Made by a program: the position numbers and the translations under genes | Shown here: positions 12,825-25,373 of the stretch, piece by piece | How the letters are laid out: each line of letters opens with the position of its first letter | How positions within the stretch are numbered: the first letter of the stretch is position 1 | Assembly: GCF_000143415.4 (NCBI RefSeq) | Contig: NW_003314268.1 | Location: forward strand, 2,124,494-2,188,493 | Direction: 5' to 3' | DNA length: 64,000 bases | From: Selaginella moellendorffii | Taxonomy: Eukaryota; Plantae; Lycopodiophyta | The notes under the pieces: model-generated | The model's database searches: none | Told to the model about the DNA's origin: nothing | The model's input: the letters and a program-made list of their open reading frames with translations, nothing else

Positions 12825-14894
12825 TGTCAAGAATCTTTAGTCTCAAGCTTGGTAATCCTACCTTCGATCAACAGGATCAAGTTATCCTCAGTTCTAATTG
12901 GCTTCACATTATGGCAATTTCCCTGGCCCCTCATGACTCCTCCTTGATGGATGCAATCAGAAACAATCTTCAATTTGACGACCTCGCTAGCGACATTTTC
13001 CCCCATCTTCAGGCTAGACACCTAGTGACTCTTAACTGCCGGCAATTTGATGAGTTCGAGTTCTTAGATGGCTTGTTGTACTGTGGGGAGTAGCTTTACA
13101 TTCCTAAAGGTGATGCTCGAAGGTTGGTCCTGATGGCATGCCACGATAGCCCAACTGCTGGTCACTTTGGCATTGCGAAAACCTATGAGTTGGTTGTACG
13201 AGACTTTTGGTGGCCCCACATGGACGACTACATCAAAGTTTTTGTTACCTCCTGTGACACTTGCGCCCGGAATAAGGTACCTCGCCACCTTCCTTCAGGT
13301 TTGCTTCATTCCCTCCCGATCCCTTTAGGTCCTTGGGAATCCATTTTCATGGATTTCTTGAGTGATCTTCCGAGTTCTGGAGGCTTTAACAGCATTTTAG
13401 TTGTGATGGATCACTTCACAAAGATGGCGCACTTCCTACCGTGTACCAAGGAGTTTTTGAGTGAGGACATGGCAAAACTGGTATTCAGGGAAATTTTCTG
13501 ACTTCATGAGATTCCTGCAGATGTGGTTTTGAATTGGGGACCTTAGTCCATCTCTCATTTCTAGCAACGGTTCTTGCAGTTGCTTGGAGTGAAGGCCAAC
13601 CTCTCTTTGGCATATCACCCTCAAACTGATGGACAGTTTAAGTGAACAATTCAGACGTTGGAACAATTCATGGGGTGTTTCATCAACTATCATCAGAATG
13701 ACTGGTTCAATATCTTTCCCCTTGCTAAGTTCTCTTATAACAACTCTATTCATTCCTCCCTTCAAGTTTCCCCCTTCTTTGCAAACTCTGGCCACAATCC
13801 TCAATTCAATCTCTCACTTCCTTCTCTATCTGAATCCTCTCGTTCAAATCCCCACTCTGAGGCATTTGTCTCCAACCTCCAGGAAATCCACAACTCCATC
13901 TCCTTCCACCTCCATCATGCTTAGGAATCTCACAAAACATTCGCCAATGTCTATCGTCAGGATTGTCCCCCTTACAATATCAGGGATAAAGTCTGGCTCC
14001 TTAGGCGAAATATCTCCACTACCAAGCCATGTCCCAAACTCGATTTCAAATGCCTCTGTCCTTTCTCTATCATTGCCATCATTAATCTTGTCACTTATCG
14101 CTTTGCACTTCCCTCCTCATATCAAATTCACCCCATTTTTCACTCCTCTCTCCTTGAGCTTTATATTCCTAGTCCCATTCCAAATCGGGTCATTCCTCCG
14201 CCTCCACCAGTGCAACTCGAGGATGGGTCTGAGTATGAGGTTTAGGACATCCTTGATTCGAAGATCTCAAGGTCTAAACTCTACTATTTGGTAGACTGGA
14301 AGGGTTATGGACTTGAGGAACGCACTTGGGAACCTGTGGACAACCTAATTCATTCTCTTGACCTTATTCAGGACTTCCACTGTCACTATCCTTTTCGTCC
14401 CAATCCTCATTCTTTTCATTCTCCCTCTTCTGTCCCTTGCCACCCATCTCATCCTCCTCTTCGTTCTCATTCACGTCCTCGTTCCTCTCATTCTTAAGGA
14501 GGGGGTGTTGTCAGGAATCCCCCAATTCTTGCCACATTCCTAACTCTCGCTAGATTCCTGACCTACAGACCATATTCCTGACTCTCGAGACACTTCCCTA
14601 TTCCTAACTCTTGAGACACTTCTCTGTTCCTGACTCTTTGATTTCCCATACGATTTCTGAGTCTCGAACCACATTCTTGATGATGATGTGGCACCTCCTC
14701 AACCTTAGCTATATTTAGGCCGTCCTCGATCCAAGAGTGGTGGAGTTCATCAACCTATAGTATATATAGGTTAGCCTTGTTTCATTTCTCCATAATCTGA
14801 ATCAACGCCAGTATAAGGCCTTTTCTTCGTTTCCACTAGTTTTTCTCTTTGTCTTCTGCATTTTCCAGTCTTGATCTTGTTGGGGGTCTTGACA
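12825..14894 (+). mobile_element. 3' part of a chromovirus (Ty3/gypsy): degenerate integrase + chromodomain, PPT and 3' LTR (14509-14894)
   Basis: HHCC zinc finger 'CHDSPTAGHFG...CDTC', 'WESIFMDF', 'YHPQTDG', chromodomain 'YEV*DILDS...YLVDWKGYGLEERTWEP', in-frame stops, PPT AAGGAGGGGG before TGTCAGG...TTGACA. Confidence 0.93.
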
Positions 14895-15980
14895 TCTTCA
14901 TTGTATATTGGAAGAAATCTATGGCATTAGAAATTTTAGTAAATCCTCCCAAGGGTGTTTATAACCTATTTGATTTATGATTGGGGCTGTAGTGAACTAC
15001 TAAGGATAGGAAAGATCATGATTTGACCATGTATAAGAAACAAACTCAAAGTGTCATTATGTAAAGAATCCTGAAATCATGATTGAAACAATAAAGAATT
15101 TAAAAATCAAATTAAGACTAAATATATCTTGAAAGAACTCCAAATGGTGGGTGACCTCCCAAGAAGTCCAAATCTATAAGATTACACCAAATTTGAGTTC
15201 AAGACCATTAGCTTAATGATAGTCTTAGGGCAAAATAAAAAAGGAGGCCACTGCTTCAAAACCATATTCGTGTTAAGGTTGAGGATTAATTGTAGCACAC
15301 ATGAATTTGGAGCCAAACTCTAAGCCCATTGCACTATGACACGAGGGTCCAATATAATCCCACGACCACCAGTTCCCCGTATCCAACACTTGCATGCAAA
15401 ATGCTGTCAGGCGGTGTCTGGCATGATTTTGGCATACTAGTGGCCTAACGCGAGGAGAAGGGTACCCCACCAACTAGAGTAGCATGGAGCTTAGGCTTAG
15501 ACCCAAGCCAGACGCAGAACAAGGAGCGACACATCCCAATATGAGCCAAACTAATGTTTCAGGTGGTTGGATATGCATTCCAACCACTATCCCTACTATA
15601 TATTTGGAACCCTAAAAACTTCTTGATTTTCTAAATTGGGAGGAAAACATCCACACAAGATCTCCCTAGAAGGTTTCAAATCTAATCTAGTCCCTAAATC
15701 TAAAACTACACTACAAGAAGAGTGCACTTACCTACTTGTGCCAATCCAAGTCGAGACCATGAACACGAGTATGAAGGTGCTAGTCCCACACCTTTGATCC
15801 CTTTGAAGGCGGTGGGTAAGTAAGACATTGCCATGAAGAGCCAAAGAAATAGAAAGAATAACGATGTATTGCAATGTATTTTGTATTAGGGATAAGTTTA
15901 AAAACATTCTAAGTCCTACTTTTATAGTCACTGCTGCTCATGTCAAGGTTAGGAATATAGTCCTAACCTTGAACCTCTCA

Positions 15981-17224
15981 AGTTTGCAGTCTTGAGTCTG
16001 CAACACAGGACTACAAACTTGAGTTTGAAACGATTGTGATAACCACAACGGCTAAAGACAACGAGAAGGGTTTGGACAAGGCAAGTCAGGAGCTCCCACC
16101 AATCAAAGAAGCTAAGGAGATGGAAAACCATGGAATGCAGGATGGAGTAGAGTGACACCTCCACAATCATCCTCCATGCTGCTACACTCCAGAGAAACGA
16201 GGATGGGAGGAGCTCGAGCATGGCAACCACACCAACCAGAAGCTCCCACACAAATTCCTGCAGCAGTACCACAACTCTAAGCTAGTGGTGTACACTCGTG
16301 AAGGCATTGAGAGCTTCTACGAGAAGACATTCATCAAGTCGATGGAGCAATGCCTTTCCAAACTTGAGGACGGTTTCAAGCAGCTGAACGCCGTGATTAA
16401 GAGTATTCGCAGCCATGGAATTCCAACTCCAAAATCCTATAAGGAATCCTTCAACCTTGTGCAGCAGTTTCAGTTTTCTAACCTTGAACCTCTCAAGTTT
16501 GTTTTCCTAAGCTTGAATTCTGAGCTTGCCTTTTTCCTCTTTCTCCACTCTCCCATGACTGTCTCGTGTTGTGTCCTGCAGTCACTGCTCCATCGCTGCA
16601 TCCTAGGTAGCCATTCCCTCATGTGGTTCCTCCTCCTCTTCTTCCTCTTCGTAAGTCTAGGCTGCTTCTTTGAGCACGCAGATTCTTTCTTTTGCCACGA
16701 GAAGCTCCTTGTTGAGCCTTGCATTTTCCTGCTGAAATTGCTGCACAAAGTTGAAGGATTCCTTATAGGATTTTGGAGTCAGAATTCCATGGTTGCGAAT
16801 GCTCTTGATCACGGCATTCAGCTGCTTGAAACCGTCCTCAAGTTTGGAAAGGTATTACTCCATCGGCTTGATGAACGTCTTCTCGTAGAAGCTCTCGATG
16901 CCTTCACAAGTGTATACCACTAGCTTGGAGTCATGGTACTGCTGCAAGAATTTGTGTGGGAGTTTTTGGTTGCTATGGTTGCTGTGCTTGAGCTCCTCTT
17001 GTCCTTGTTTCTCTGGAGTGTAGCAGTGTGGAGGATGATTGTGGAGATGTCACTCTACTCCATCCTGCATTCCACGGTTTTCCATCTCCCCAGCTTCTTT
17101 GATTGGTGGGAGCTCTTGACTTGCCTTGTCCAAACCCTTCTCATTGTCTTTGGCTGTTGCGGTTATCACAACTGTTTCGGGCTCAAGGTTGCAGTCCTGT
17201 GTCGTAGACTCAAGACTGCAAACT
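15981..17224. repeat. Long inverted repeat: 493-bp arms 15981-16473 and 16732-17224, 258-bp spacer
   Basis: ORFs 15949-16272(-) and 16933-17226(+) encode near-identical peptides. Arm ends match: agtttgcagtcttg / caagactgcaaact and cagcagtttcag / ctgaaattgctg. Confidence 0.95.
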
Positions 17225-18530
17225 AGAGTCTCCAGGAGCTTGTCATCGGTAATCCCTTCCTCTTGATTTTTCTCTGGCGCTGGGATCTCCTGTGCATGAT
17301 CCATCAGTTTTTCCTTGTCATGGGGTGGTTCCTCCTACGTGTTCTCACAGTCCTCAACCTCCTATTCCTTTGGAATTTCCTTCTTGGCTTCGTCTTGTTC
17401 ATCCTTAACTTCCACTTGCTTTTCCTTCACTTCCTTATGGTCATCCTACTCCTCTTCCTCTATTTCCTATGCCTCACTTCCTTCACCAAGGTTGACCTTC
17501 TCCTTCACTGTTTCCACTTGGGCTTGAGGGACAAGCACCAATGCCCTTTCATTGTTCACCAACAAAGCCTCGATGTATGGAAAAAGTGTTGTTGTAATTT
17601 TCTCCTTACTCTCCAGCGCATTGAAAACCTGTAAGAGTTCCCTATGGAACTTTCCCAAGTCGACCTGGACTCCATTGTTCAAGTCCTCATAGTTGAAAGC
17701 GATAATTTTCCTCTCAATACCCTGTGGATCGGAGCTTGCTGTAGTCATCACAAGAATCAAGAATGCATAGAGCTGATACTTCCGCAGCCATGCGTCAAGA
17801 GTCTCGTCTCGAGACCACTCTGGGTTTCCCACTTAGAAAACCAAGCATACCTTGTTCTCATCATCCGAGAGGTCAATTGCTTCCTCCTCTTCCCATGGAC
17901 AGTGTGGAGCCCTCAAAGTGAATCTAGTCCAGCTGCGCTTTCACCATACCAAGAATTGCCACAGCCTTGACCACTGTTTGCCCCTGGTGGGCTCCCTCTT
18001 TCCTCATGCACTGTCGCCCGTAACTCTTTTCTTCTCTCAACTGCCAAGATTAGGGTTAGGTCACATTCTTGTTGAGGTGAATTTTCTCTAAGTGTTTGCA
18101 TACATTTGAATGTGTTTTCTTCGATTTCTCTGAGCGTTTTCTCTTGAAATTTCTAGTATTCCACCATAGTGTGAAACACTTGTGGTTGCTTGTAAATCTT
18201 CAATTTGTTCAAGTTAACTACTTGCAATTTTTCATCATCTAAAGTTGCAAGTTTTGCTATTCTTGGGATTTGTATGCTTGTAATCTTGAATGGTCCTTCC
18301 CATTGATGAACGAGTTTTCCTCCAAATTTATCCACATTGCCACGATACCATAATACAAGATCTCCTACTTTGTAATGTGCTTTGTTTTTCTTGACTTGTT
18401 TGCGATCATGATAAACTTTTCTTCTAGCCTATATTGCTTTGATTGTCCATATTGCACTCAATCTTTCTTCATCAAGTTTCTCAAGCATTGTGAGTCTTTT
18501 CTTGAGAAGCTTGCATGCATGCAATTAACA
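16474..18530 (-). mobile_element. Non-chromovirus Ty3/gypsy remnant: integrase C-terminus followed by a decayed extra acidic/coiled-coil ORF
   Basis: 'KLVHQWEGPFKI...LATLD..VVNLNKLKIY' (GPF/GPY motif, 18153-18335). Downstream same-strand Glu/Lys-rich reading frame from about 18100 to 16480 is broken by stops. Boundaries are approximate. Confidence 0.65.
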
Positions 18531-18808
18531 ATTATGGTTTCTTGCTTTCACCGAAGCCCCAGAGCATTTCCCAACAACACCCTGTCCCACAGGACAAGCA
18601 CCAGTTGCTGCTTCACTATGGGTCTTAGCTCGAAATTACACCACTACACATATAGGGTCTAAACTGGAAATCCACATAAGTGATCGATGACAGTGTTCAA
18701 ATTAGAGAACTAGCGGCATATCAGGTTGAATCTGACAAAGCCATGCTGCCGCAGCTTGGGTTGAGACATGGTTCTTTTATAAGTTTTCGAACTGAAAGCT
18801 GCCAGCCT

Positions 18809-21800
18809 CTATGTGAATCTCTTTAGCCAAGCTCCGATGTTGACAAAACTCTCGAAATCTGATTGCGGCCTGCAGGTAATATATGTTATAGAAACTTTAA
18901 AAGAATATCGATATCATACCGATCGATAGCATGAATGTCATCTGGGAAGACAATAACCTTAACTTCCAGTCCTCGAGCTCTTAGTGCTTGTGCATACTGA
19001 AGCGTTTAAGTATGAGCACGTTATTTCATAGAACATATTGTAGTGTACCTGGAGACCGTTTGACACTGGCACTCTCCGATCCTGTGCACCAAGTAGAAAC
19101 ATTGTTGGTACTTGAACCTGTTATGCAATGGTTACTGTAAGGAAAAATCGATACCAAAAAGTCACCTTGTCAACGTGTGCTATTGGAGACGCTTGATAAA
19201 AAGCTCCCAAGTGCTTCACCGAAGGTGCTTCATCGTACAAGTTCAAACCAGCTTTTCCATAAGATTCCATATAACACCAATCGGGTATGTCGGTTATTCC
19301 CACCATCGAGGAAATGTTGCACACGGGATTCCGTACTATTCCAGTAACGAATCGACCTGGCGCCTAAACAAGAAAAGCTCAAATCAAATGAAATTGAATG
19401 AGATGAAAACCTTACCTGTCCAATTAAATGGGACGTCAAAAACCCACCATGCGAACCACCCACAACGGCGACTTTGTCTGGCTTGGCAAGCCCTTCCGCA
19501 AGAACCACATCCAGTGCCGTGAGTACGTCGTTGACATCCTGATAAGAAAAAAGTTGGCAAGTGTCAGATATAGCAAGAGAGTCATACCCGCCGACCAACG
19601 TTGCCTAACAAGCACTGAAGTGCTTCCTCACCAAAGCCCAAAGATCCCCTGCCATAGCGCTCAGATTTATAGCAAACAAAACTTCAAAGCCTACCTGTAG
19701 TTTACATGAAGTAAACTGAATCCCAGTCCTACGAGAAACGCATAATTTCTTGAGAAACCGGTCACTGATACAGAATGAGGTCCTCCGTGAAGAACTAAAA
19801 CAAGTGGTGGGGGTTCTGAGCCTTCTTTAACTTCTCCTGGACTAACAAAAATAGCTTCGAACGGATCCTTAGCCCCTTCATGTCACAGTGGCGTGTAAGA
19901 GTCTTCTAGACAAAACGGTAATGCGAACCTTGTGGAAGAATTTCGTTTCCGTCTGAACTGGGAACAGGGATCTGTAAAATCCTCGACGAGATTGACGATA
20001 AGATAGATTGTACCTGTACATCTAGAAGCTAGTTATGCATTTTATAAATAGTAACTACTCCACCTCTTCCGTGTGTTCTACGGGTGTAGGAATATCGGAC
20101 CACTGAAAAGCAGCGTCCGAAATCTTTTCCATACTAGAGCAGTACGCAATTTTTAAATCCGGAGGAGACCCTGGATTGCTCGCAACTGCTCACACTACTA
20201 AGCTTGGTGAATACAGCATTCATCAGAGTGAGTCTCACGTACCGGCCAGAAGAATATTTTTAAAAACAGACAGAAGGCTCCAGGAGCTGATTGAATCCTC
20301 AGGCGTTAACCTTAAAACCTCCCCGCTACAGATGGCGAAAGCTGATGAGCTAATATATCGATTGAAACCAGCATACCTTTCGAGGTTCACAGAGACTATA
20401 ACTTGTGTACTTCGCCACGCTGACGTTAAAAGCAGAGTACGGTTGTCATATAGCCATGGATGCGAAAGAAAAGTCGAGCAGTATAGGCCAGGGAAGCCTT
20501 TGGCGTCGGGTCGAGAAATAACAGGTACCTATTAAAGAAGAAAGTTCATCAATCAATCGAAAAGACCAATGTGACTTACAACATCTCTTGCCGGTGGAAG
20601 AGTGCCAAGACTATCCCCTCCTGACCATTTTACGCAATGCAGAGAGTTTGTAGCACAGTGGGCGCCACTATCTACAGCAGCCTTTGCAGACAAGAAAACA
20701 AGAAATTCTCCATCTGGACTGTACATACAAAGGAAATAACACAAGCTGCAAATATCAATGAGCTACGAACCTGAAACGTGGTGAAAATGCACTACTGATT
20801 GTTGCCGTCAGCTTCAGTGGTGCTCCTGGGGTTCGATCCAAAGAATGACTGTGACTCACAAACCTTTAGCGGTTTAGAGTACAAATGAGCTTTCTGACCT
20901 GCCAAACATAGGAGCTGCAGTAGCATAGAGCGCGCATGGCCTGTTGTAGCAATACTTCATACCCAGCTTTCTAGGAGTTTTGAAATTGTCGGCGAAAGAT
21001 GACCATGCTACAAACACCAAGTACTGAGTTCCTTCACTGCTTGAAGGAGCCCACACAACCTGTCCAGCACTCAAATCTTGCGGAATCCCCTCGACAGCCT
21101 GCACAGAGCCACTGAACACTCAACAGTCAAATCGCAAGCACTTGAACGTAATCTACCTGTTGGTGTCAGCGACGTATATCAAAGGCCGACGTTTCCCAGC
21201 GTAACACTCCCCCCAGTCCTCCATCCAGTCACCTTGGCCTTTCCAAGTCCCGGCCTCGCCTTCCTGCTTTTGTCCATCCTTGCCCATAGCCTGACCAAAT
21301 ACTGGACGATCAACAGGTGGTTCCTCGGCAACATAAGCTATAAATCTCTCGTCGTGACTCCATGAAACACCTTCAAACCTGTCAAGCAATAGGAAATCTA
21401 AGATTGCAAGGAAAAGATGAAAGGAACTTACCATCCATCCGTGTAGACGGATCCGTGGAGCTTACTTGGGACGTGGACTTCCTTTAGAAGCTGCATTGGT
21501 CCCCATATCTGTAGCTTCACCGAGCAAGGACTATCCTTGCTTGCAGGCTCTGTGTTACATACTACCAAGACCTTGCTACCAGACGGGGATGGTACTACGA
21601 GAGAAGCCCCGCTCAGTTGAATCGGGAATGGCGACCAGTGGCAATTCGTAGCCGGATCCAGACCGTGCCCCGCCTCGGGAAGGTAGAGATGCGACATGAA
21701 ATTCCGCTTCGCATTTCCTGGGAGGTCGATCTGGCTCATCGCCACCACCACATCCAAGCCATTCCCTGCGCATCGATGCCAGTTTCCATGACAATCCAAT

Positions 21801-21980
21801 CCTTGGCATTGAAGATTTCGAGAAGAATTTACCTCGCGGCGATGGACTCGCCCAGGCCTTGTCGATGCTTGGAATGCCGAAGAATGACTGGAGGAGCTCC
21901 GACTGCTTCGCGAGCTGGCGATCTTGCGGGGCCTGCGGTGCCGCGGAATTGGATCCCAGAATCGCAGGCGCGAGCTCCAT
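18809..21980 (-). CDS. AARE: Acylamino-acid-releasing enzyme (S9C serine peptidase), many exons
   Basis: 'IPSIDKAW', 'HGSVYTDGW', 'FEGVSWS', 'WMEDWGE', 'KYCYNRPCALY', 'HGGPHS', catalytic GGSHGGF, 'FPDDIHAIDRPQSDFESFVNIG'; stop at 18809. Confidence 0.93.
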
Positions 21981-22069
21981 GGAGATAAACCCTAGACAAG
22001 AATGAACCCTAGGAAATTTTAGCGCGCTTTCTTTATAAACTTGTTTGCTACACCAAAATCGAGAGAGTC

Positions 22070-24302
22070 TTATCGGCTGCTTGCGGAATTCCTTGGCAAT
22101 TGCAATTCCATGATATCGTCTCGCGGAAGCGCGTGGCAAGTGTGGTTCTGTTGCTGCTCCGCCTGGGCTTGCTCGACGCTCTTAAACCCTAATTCCAGCG
22201 CGGTGGTAGTGTCCACGGGCTCCTTGTCGTCCTCGCCGCAGTACGTATTCTCCCTGTCGATCCGGAGCGTGAGGTACGCCACCAGGGCCATGTACAATAC
22301 GATTGTCGCGTAAACGCAAATGCCGAGCACCACCTTTCCTCCCATAACCATGGAGCCGTGAATGAGCCACTTGGTGAACGAGGAGCTCAGGTACCACACG
22401 TTGATGGCCATCACTCCGCCACCAATTCCCCACGTGATTACAGTAATCTGTAAAATTAGAGGAGATTAGACAAGATTTTCCGTGGGGATTTTGTAACTTA
22501 CTATCCAAGAATTTGCATATGGGCCCATTTTCACTTTACTTCCCGTGAACTTGAGCATTGGGATGAGGACAAACGGCAGGACAAACGATAGAATCATCTG
22601 CATAATAGAGTTGGCATCCAAATGTTAAACAATGTTTGAAAGCTTTGAAAACGAGGTTCCTTACCGAGCACACAATGATCAGGTTTCCAGCCGCTCTTGA
22701 TCCTCCAATCAGTGCAACAATCAAACTCGGGACGATCGCCACTGCTCGAGTCATGAGGTTGCGGATCCATGGCTTGAACCGGAGGTGCAAGAAACCCTAA
22801 ATTGGAAGAAACGTAAGAAATCCTGGCAAGAACAAGTCGCACCTGCATGACGTATTGTCCAGCGTAGGTTCCGGTGATCGTGGAGCTCTGACCGGAAGCA
22901 AGCAGAGCGATTCCAAAAAGAATCTTGGAGAATCTCCCAAGCACATTCTGGATTGAAAAGATCAACGAGTATTATAGCGAGGTTTTGTGGATGGAGATGG
23001 ACGAATTCAATCACCTGGAGCAAGAAGGATGCCTCGTTGAGATCCAAATTGTCACACTTGTCCTTGTTCTCCTGGGAGATGCCCGGGTTGGAGCAAATGG
23101 CGCCGCTCACGGAGATGACACAGACGTTGATAAGGAAGGCAAAAAAGAGCGCGAACCCGCTCTCAAACAAGCAGAACCGGCACGCCTCCTTCAATCCCCT
23201 GGGCGTGCGCGAGATCTTGCGGGTGAGCACGATGGCCGAGTGCAAGTAGAGATTGTGGGGCATGATCATCGCTCCCAGCAGAGAAATCGCCAGCGCGGTG
23301 GCGCCGTTGCCTCGCAGCTGCGGCACAAACATTCCCTTGAGCAGCTCCTTGGAATCCGGCTTTGCGTAGCCGAGCTCCGCGAAAAAGCACACCGTCATTG
23401 TCATCACCAGGCCCGTGATCACGAATTCCAGCTTCCTCACCTGGAAAGGCATCGTTTTTCTTAGACACGAGCCATGCAAAGGGAAAAGATCCGACTGTAA
23501 GAGAAGAATCAATCGTCCTTACCCCGTAAGTCTGGAGGGCCAGCAGCATCAGGGTGCTGAATCCGGTGAGAATCACTCCAATCCAGATGGGGATTTTCAC
23601 AAGAATGTTGAGCGCGAATGCAGTGCCAATGACTGGATCGGTTTTTCCGAGGAGAGATGGTTAGAATTTTTCGCTGATCGAGAACAATCAATCGATCGAG
23701 GGGCTATACCTTCGGGAATGTCGGCAGCGATCACGGAAACCTCCGCGAGCAGCCATAACACATAATTTACGGCCTTGGGGTACTCTGTTCTGCAGTGTTC
23801 CGCCAAATGTTTGCCTGTGACAACTCCCAGGTTTGCCGCCAGCGATTGAATGATAAGCGCGGACACGGATGCCACCAGGATGATCCAGAGCAGCTGACCA
23901 CACAAACAAGAACAAGAAAAACTTCAGCGATCTTCTCAACAATCGTCTGGGTGGTACTTCGTATTTGTACTCTGCCCCCGACTGTAGATCGCTCTCGACT
24001 GGAAAAACAAAACGCGCATGAGACATGACACAAAGATTTTTTCGAAGAGCTTACAGTTTCCGGGATCGATGTAGGCGATGCACACCAAGAATCCGGGGCC
24101 GAGGAACGCTAGCGCCTTTCGCCATCCTTTCTTCTGCGAAAGCGATCAAGATTAAGATCGAAACTTCGGAAGCCAACTTAAGTACCTCGCCCACTTCGAT
24201 TTGGTACTTGGTTGGCTCGTCCAGATTTTTATCGCGTGAGTTGATCGCCCCATCCGGCTGAGGGCTGGGTGCACTCACCACTCGCGAAGTTGGGCCTTGC
24301 AT
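22070..24302 (-). CDS. NRAMP: NRAMP divalent metal (Mn/Fe) transporter, NRAMP1/6-like
   Basis: '[13 protein letters not shown]', 'DLQSGA', '[12 protein letters not shown]', '[17 protein letters not shown]'. Start MQGPTS at 24302 is the best guess. Confidence 0.95.
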
Positions 24303-25373
24303 AGCTTTGAAACACAAGAAGATTCGTATTTTAAGAAATTGGTCGACGGAACACACCTCTGAAATAGCTAAAGGGCAAATGGGGCAGCAAAAGGATGCTC
24401 TTGATAGAGAGAAAGGACGTTTGTTTGTACTAAAGAGAACAAAAAACCAAGCAAATGCCGTGCATGGGTAATGGGGATCATTTAAAGTGGGAAGGTTCGA
24501 AGCCGGTTGGAAAATTCAATGGCCACAATCAATTAATCATCTGCCAAGCGAGATTTCTCTCCACAAAGTTAAAGGGAATCACAAGATTATACCTTTGACT
24601 GTCGAGCCCCAAATTGATGCTTGAATTCAAGCCTTGGACAACCACGAAGATTTATAACGTGGGGGCCGCCGCTCCAAATTGAAACAGTGATCTTCCTTTC
24701 TAGTGTTCTTCTGAGGGAGATGCACTCCACCTAGTTGCCTGGGAGAGGTTTTAATCAGGCAAGAGGAAACAAGGCACTAGAAAATAAGATGGGCGCACGC
24801 TACACTCAATCCAAGCTTTTTTATTCTCTCCTCTCAGGCTACTTCAGGTAGTGAGCTCAACTGGGGCAACTCCACTTCTTTGTTTCCAAGTCTTTGGACT
24901 GGCAACTCTTATTAATTCATGTTTCAACCTCTTTGCCATGATACTGGCGCGATAAAAGAATAAAAATCCACAGGCCCAGAACTGGCGCATTCTGCATTGG
25001 GCTTGAGAGGCCACTGCTTTTGCCAGCCTTGAAATCGCGACCGTTGATCTTGAAAGCTTCCACGGTCAAACATGGTCAAGGTTGATGAGACTTCTAGAAG
25101 AACAACTATAATTTACCCTACAATCTCTTGTAGTAGATCACCACATTGGCTTCACAAGATATTCACCACCACCTAAAAATGATTCACAAAGCTTTAAGGC
25201 AGGAAAAAAAAGAGAGTGAATCAAGCCTTCCACATCAAAAAGCAAGGGGACCCAAGGCCTGATCTTGCTGCGATTATTTGGGACAACTCATGTCCACAAC
25301 TGGAATCTATCTCTTCGTTACCTTTTTGGATGACTATGCTTTTTAGGGTTCTATCTTACACATGCTCTGTTTT

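Noticed and set aside
16285-16923. 212-aa ORF
   Set aside because: Chimeric product of the inverted duplication, not a gene.
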